A DNA stretch of 32,000 bases from Wigglesworthia glossinidia endosymbiont of Glossina morsitans morsitans (Yale colony). Lineage in GTDB: Bacteria > Pseudomonadota > Gammaproteobacteria > Enterobacterales > Enterobacteriaceae. Position numbers and translations under genes: made by a program. Positions 28,851-32,000 of this stretch are shown here, piece by piece. The notes under the pieces were generated by a model that made no database searches, was not told the DNA's origin, and saw only the letters and a list, made by a program, of their open reading frames with translations. Location of the stretch: contig NC_016893.1 of NCBI RefSeq assembly GCF_000247565.1, positions 30,001 through 62,000 on the forward strand, written 5' to 3'. Each line of letters starts with the position of its first letter. Positions within the stretch are counted from its first letter, which is position 1.

Positions 28851-29815
28851 TATTCGGTACTTCCTTGTTTTTTTAACTCATTAATAGATGAGTGAATGGT
28901 ATTATCAATCTTTAATGCATAATATCCATTTAAACTTCCATAATAGCCAGAAAAAACAGGTACACAGTCAACATATGCTGTAAGTTTTTCTGAGCAAGAA
29001 AAAGGAATAATTTCGCCTTTTTTTAATTTTATTAGATTAGCAATAGATATTGCAACTTCTGAAAAACGTACTTGAATATTTAATTCGCTAGATTGTATTT
29101 CATTTGATAATTTTTTTTTCCACTTAATTTCTGAATTTTTTGATATTTTTGATAATTTTTTATTATTAAAATTATCAGATATCTCTAATGCATATGAAGA
29201 AAAAATAATAAAAAAATTATTTTCTATATTCTTATATGTAAATTTAAATGAGGAAATTAACATATCTTCTTCGTTTTCAAATTCAATAATTTTTATGCAT
29301 GTATCTGAACTGATAAAATTTATATCTATAGAATAATGACTAGTCTCCCAAGATTTTTGGTATGATTTTATCATTAAATTGATTAAAGTTTGAATTATTC
29401 GATTTTCTGATATAGTAAATTTTTTAATTTCTTTTACAGATATATTATTTCCGGATCCTCCAAAAAAAATCTCTAAAACAATAGAAATAAATATAGGATC
29501 TAAAATTAATATAATATTTGCTTTTAATGCATTACTATATGTTATATTTAAACTAATTAGTTTTTTAAATTGTTTTATAAAACTGCAATATTTTTGTATG
29601 TCTGTTTTATTTAGAGTGATTTCTACTGACTTTTTTATATAATTTGACAGCATGCTTTTAAAATATCCTGAAAATTTTTGATTAATTTTTTGTAAAATTT
29701 CTACTTTTAATTGATTTTTTTTATCTAATTTATTTATATTAAGAGAAAAATTTTTATGTAAATTTAAAAAGCTATCATTTTTTTTGTTATCAATATTAAA
29801 CTGTTGATCGGACAT
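28850..29815 (-). CDS. fliM: Flagellar C-ring/switch protein FliM (N-terminal CheY-P binding motif not recognisable)
   Basis: The 321-aa ORF contains FGGSG (compare LFGGDG), RIIQTLINLM and IKLKKGEIIPF...AYVDCVPVFSGYYGSLNGYYALKI (compare LKLKPGDVLPI...AHVDGVPVLTSQYGTVNGQYALRV). There is a 1-nt TAATG overlap with fliN. Confidence 0.92.
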   Translation of the reverse strand: MSDQQFNIDNKKNDSFLNLHKNFSLNINKLDKKNQLKVEILQKINQKFSGYFKSMLSNYIKKSVEITLNKTDIQKYCSFIKQFKKLISLNITYSNALKANIILILDPIFISIVLEIFFGGSGNNISVKEIKKFTISENRIIQTLINLMIKSYQKSWETSHYSIDINFISSDTCIKIIEFENEEDMLISSFKFTYKNIENNFFIIFSSYALEISDNFNNKKLSKISKNSEIKWKKKLSNEIQSSELNIQVRFSEVAISIANLIKLKKGEIIPFSCSEKLTAYVDCVPVFSGYYGSLNGYYALKIDNTIHSSINELKKQGSTE

Positions 29816-29822
29816 AATTATA

Positions 29823-30314
29823 TTACCTTATAATGAACGAATTAAAAAAAACGTCGTTAACTATTGGAATTTGATTGTCAGAAGATTGCTTGTTAAGTTC
29901 TTTTTTAATTTCTTTTAATAAGTTGTTTTTTCCATCTGAAGAAGATAAAGATGAAGGGGTTTGTTGAGATAATAACAAAATTAATTGATTGCGTAATTCT
30001 GGAAGTTTACTTTCTAATAGTTCTTTTACAGATTCGTTTTTCAATTTTAATGTTAATCCGATATATAACATACTTCCGTATTCGCCGTCTTCTGGTTGTA
30101 AACTTACAGTAAATGCATCTAAAGGGAAGTATATTTGAGCAGAAGAACTTTCTACAGGAACATTTTCTGCAGCTTGAGATAAAAGAGGTATATCATTTTT
30201 GTTTTTTATCCAAGGTTGAAAGTATATAACTCCTAAAATAATTGAAATGATTGCTCCAATAAGCATTGCAATAACTATTGGACGTTTAAAAAAATTAAAT
30301 TTCATAATTGCCAC
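29823..30314 (-). CDS. fliL: Flagellar basal-body-associated protein FliL
   Basis: The 163-aa ORF has a single TM helix and contains YFPLDAFTVSLQPEDGEYGSMLYIGLTLKLKNE...LPELRNQLILLLSQQ...GKNNLLKEIK...V.DVFFNSFIIR, collinear with E. coli FliL. The start is a GTG at 30314 with AGGAAA 6 nt upstream. An in-frame ATG lies at 30305. Confidence 0.9.
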   Translation of the reverse strand: MAIMKFNFFKRPIVIAMLIGAIISIILGVIYFQPWIKNKNDIPLLSQAAENVPVESSSAQIYFPLDAFTVSLQPEDGEYGSMLYIGLTLKLKNESVKELLESKLPELRNQLILLLSQQTPSSLSSSDGKNNLLKEIKKELNKQSSDNQIPIVNDVFFNSFIIR

Positions 30315-30368
30315 TTTTAATTTCCTGTATTTATTTAATACGATATTATATTTTGAATCATACTGAAA

Positions 30369-31631
30369 TTAAGCATACATATCTATTCTTGTATGATCTT
30401 GATTAAAGATATACTGTATTTTATTTTTATAGATATTATCGTTTTCAATTTTATTCAAATTTAGCTGTTCTTTTTTATTTTTTTTTCTATCTTTATTAAA
30501 TTCATTATTTTTTTCATTTAATCTATATTGATTTTGATTTTCTATGTTATTAAAAATGTTATCTGACTTGTAATGTAAAAAATCTTTTATAAAATGATTA
30601 CTAATCATTGCACTATCTAATAATATACCGTTATCTAATAAAGATTTACGTAATTCTTCTAAAGAACTTTTTAAAACCCCTCTTACTTCTGAATGTTCAG
30701 AAAATACATGTAATTTTAATTTACTTTTGTAAGATTTTAAAATAACGTTAATAGATCCCAGATTTTTCGGATGTATTTTAAATTCTAAGTGAAATACGCC
30801 ATCTTTTTTAAAAAATGCAATTTTTTCTTTTACTAAATTCATCCAAGATTTTAAATCATCAAAATTTTTTATATATAATGTTTGAACAAAATTTTTCGAT
30901 TCTGTAATGGAAGAAAATTCATTGGTATTCATATAATAAATATCTTGTAAATCAGATAAATTGTTAAATTTTTGATTTATATTTTTCTGTCGATTATCCT
31001 GATTAAAGTTTTCAAAAATCAATTCCAAATTTTTTTTAATTTCTATATTTTGATATGATTTTTCTATATTTTCATTTTTTAAATTAGAAATACATTTCTC
31101 AAATATGTTTTTATTTACTAAAAAAATTTTTTTGTTCTGTTTTAATTGAATATAATCATTTTGATCAATAGATAAAAAACAGCTTTTTGGTGATTGGTTT
31201 GCTGAGTTCAAATGATCTAAATCAAAATCTTTCGAAAAAATCAAATTTTGATTATTGTTGAAAATATAATTTTCTGAAAAATAATTTTCTAATATATCTT
31301 TTTTTATTTTTTTATTAAAATTTTTGTTTAACGTATTATCAATTTTAGAATTAAACAAGTTTTGAATGTCATTTTTAGACATACTAAAATTATATAATGT
31401 ATTATTTTCCTCGTTAAAATTTGATTTCTCAGTTTTTAAAATTTCTGAATCATTAAAATATTTTTGAACATTTTTTTCATCAAAAATTGAAGTATTAAAT
31501 TGATTAAAAAATGATTTTTCAAAAATATTTTTTAATATCTTTTTGAATTCTAATTTGTCTGTTATTTCTGGAATAACATTAATTACGTCTTGTATATTAT
31601 GTAGAATATTATCTTCATTCAAACATATCAA
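30369..31631 (-). CDS. fliK: Flagellar hook-length control protein FliK
   Basis: The 420-aa ORF is extremely N/K-rich. Its C-terminal region LEFKIHPKNLGSINVILKS...LKLHVFSEHSEVRGVLKSSLEELRKSLLDNGI resembles the FliK C-terminal switch domain (L.L.P.ELG...V......v.l.f.......vr..le..l..Lr..L...G). It has the operon position between fliJ and fliL. The start is a TTG at 31631 with AAAGGAG 8 nt upstream. Confidence 0.82.
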   Translation of the reverse strand: MICLNEDNILHNIQDVINVIPEITDKLEFKKILKNIFEKSFFNQFNTSIFDEKNVQKYFNDSEILKTEKSNFNEENNTLYNFSMSKNDIQNLFNSKIDNTLNKNFNKKIKKDILENYFSENYIFNNNQNLIFSKDFDLDHLNSANQSPKSCFLSIDQNDYIQLKQNKKIFLVNKNIFEKCISNLKNENIEKSYQNIEIKKNLELIFENFNQDNRQKNINQKFNNLSDLQDIYYMNTNEFSSITESKNFVQTLYIKNFDDLKSWMNLVKEKIAFFKKDGVFHLEFKIHPKNLGSINVILKSYKSKLKLHVFSEHSEVRGVLKSSLEELRKSLLDNGILLDSAMISNHFIKDFLHYKSDNIFNNIENQNQYRLNEKNNEFNKDRKKNKKEQLNLNKIENDNIYKNKIQYIFNQDHTRIDMYA

Positions 31632-31635
31632 AATA

Positions 31636-32000
31636 TTATACTCCTTTGGTATATTTTCTTAAATATAATTCGTCTATTTGCTTTTGTAAATTTTTATCTT
31701 GGAGAACTTTATGTGTTAAAATGCAACGTTTTTTTAAAATTGTGAACGCGTTTAGTTTATTTTTTTTTTTTTCCAATAATTTTTTGCTTTATTAAGTTGT
31801 AATTTATAATTATTTACTTCTTTATTATAATCAAAAATTAAATTATTTAAACATATAAGAAAAACTTGATAATTATGCCAAACATTTATTTCCAAACCGT
31901 ACTTTATCATATTTTCTTGTAAACTAAGTCGATATTCTTTTTCATATAAAATAAGCATATTTAATTTTTTAACTGATTCTTGATATAAATTGCAAGCTTG
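31636..32000 (-). pseudogene. fliJ: Flagellar export stalk/chaperone-escort protein FliJ, 5'-truncated by the window edge and split by a frameshift in an A13 tract (a pseudogene, or rescued by slippage)
   Basis: The upstream frame is open from 32000. It reads QACNLYQESVKKLNMLILYEKEYRLSLQ...NYWKKKKIN* with a stop at 31752-31754, and aligns to E. coli FliJ residues about 30-105. The frame shifted by one continues from 31761 to the stop at 31636-31638 as NKLNAFTILKKRCILTHKVLQDKNLQKQIDELYLRKYTKGV*. That aligns to the FliJ C-terminus (RLQAWQTLQERQ...ENRLDQKKMDEFAQR). Confidence 0.85.
31760..31772 (-). repeat. 13-nt homopolymer (poly(A) on the fliJ coding strand) at the fliJ frameshift
   Basis: A direct count gives t at 31760, ten t at 31761-31770 and two t at 31771-31772 on the + strand. 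The run is flanked by cca (Trp codon) and a. Confidence 0.97.

Noticed and set aside
30345-30350. A perfect TATAAT about 30 nt upstream of the fliL start in the fliK-fliL gap, considered as the class 2 fliL promoter -10.
   Set aside because: TATAAT occurs frequently by chance at this base composition. No convincing -35 or FlhD4C2 box accompanies it. It is plausible but not supportable.
1-32000. A scan for tRNA/rRNA/ncRNA genes, CRISPR arrays, IS elements or transposases, integrases, toxin-antitoxin genes or defence genes.
   Set aside because: No G/C-enriched 70-90 nt islands with cloverleaf potential occur in the spacers. There are no regularly spaced direct repeats and no ORFs left unassigned. 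All intergenic DNA is low-complexity A/T.

Overview
The window is very AT-rich (about 20-25% G+C by eye, with intergenic stretches that are almost pure A/T). Genes are tightly packed and have Enterobacterales-type order and protein sequences. This is the signature of a reduced genome from an obligate gammaproteobacterial insect endosymbiont. A complete flagellar regulon is present, including flhDC and motAB. Other well-known reduced symbionts such as Buchnera lack these genes, so my best guess is Wigglesworthia glossinidia, the tsetse symbiont. That is an inference from memory, not a database hit.

Contents:
- 1-8327 holds housekeeping genes: carB (5' part), carA, dapB, a ydiK-like AI-2E family permease, pabA, and the str operon rpsL-rpsG-fusA.
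- 9130-32000 is one contiguous flagellar supercluster: flhDC, motAB, flhBA, flgN, flgA, flgBCDEFGHIJKL, then convergent fliRQPONMLK and fliJ.
- I found no tRNA, rRNA, CRISPR array, IS element, phage or defence genes.
- Every long ORF is explained by a recognisable orthologue. I do not see a novel gene system in the sense of unknown genes.

What stands out is how the flagellar system has been remodelled:
- The whole che/MCP block between motB and flhB is gone, and the CheY-P docking peptide of FliM has eroded.
- flgM (the anti-sigma28 factor) is missing from its conserved slot, yet sigma28-type class 3 promoters persist, including a 15/16 consensus match upstream of motA.
- FlgJ has lost its muramidase domain.
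- The FlhB autocleavage motif reads NPIH instead of NPTH.
- flhE is absent.
- fliJ is split by a frameshift inside a 13-nt poly(A) tract. One extra A in the transcript, or a -1 ribosomal slip, would restore a full-length FliJ.

All homology calls come from comparing the supplied translations with E. coli/Salmonella protein sequences as I remember them. No searches were run.
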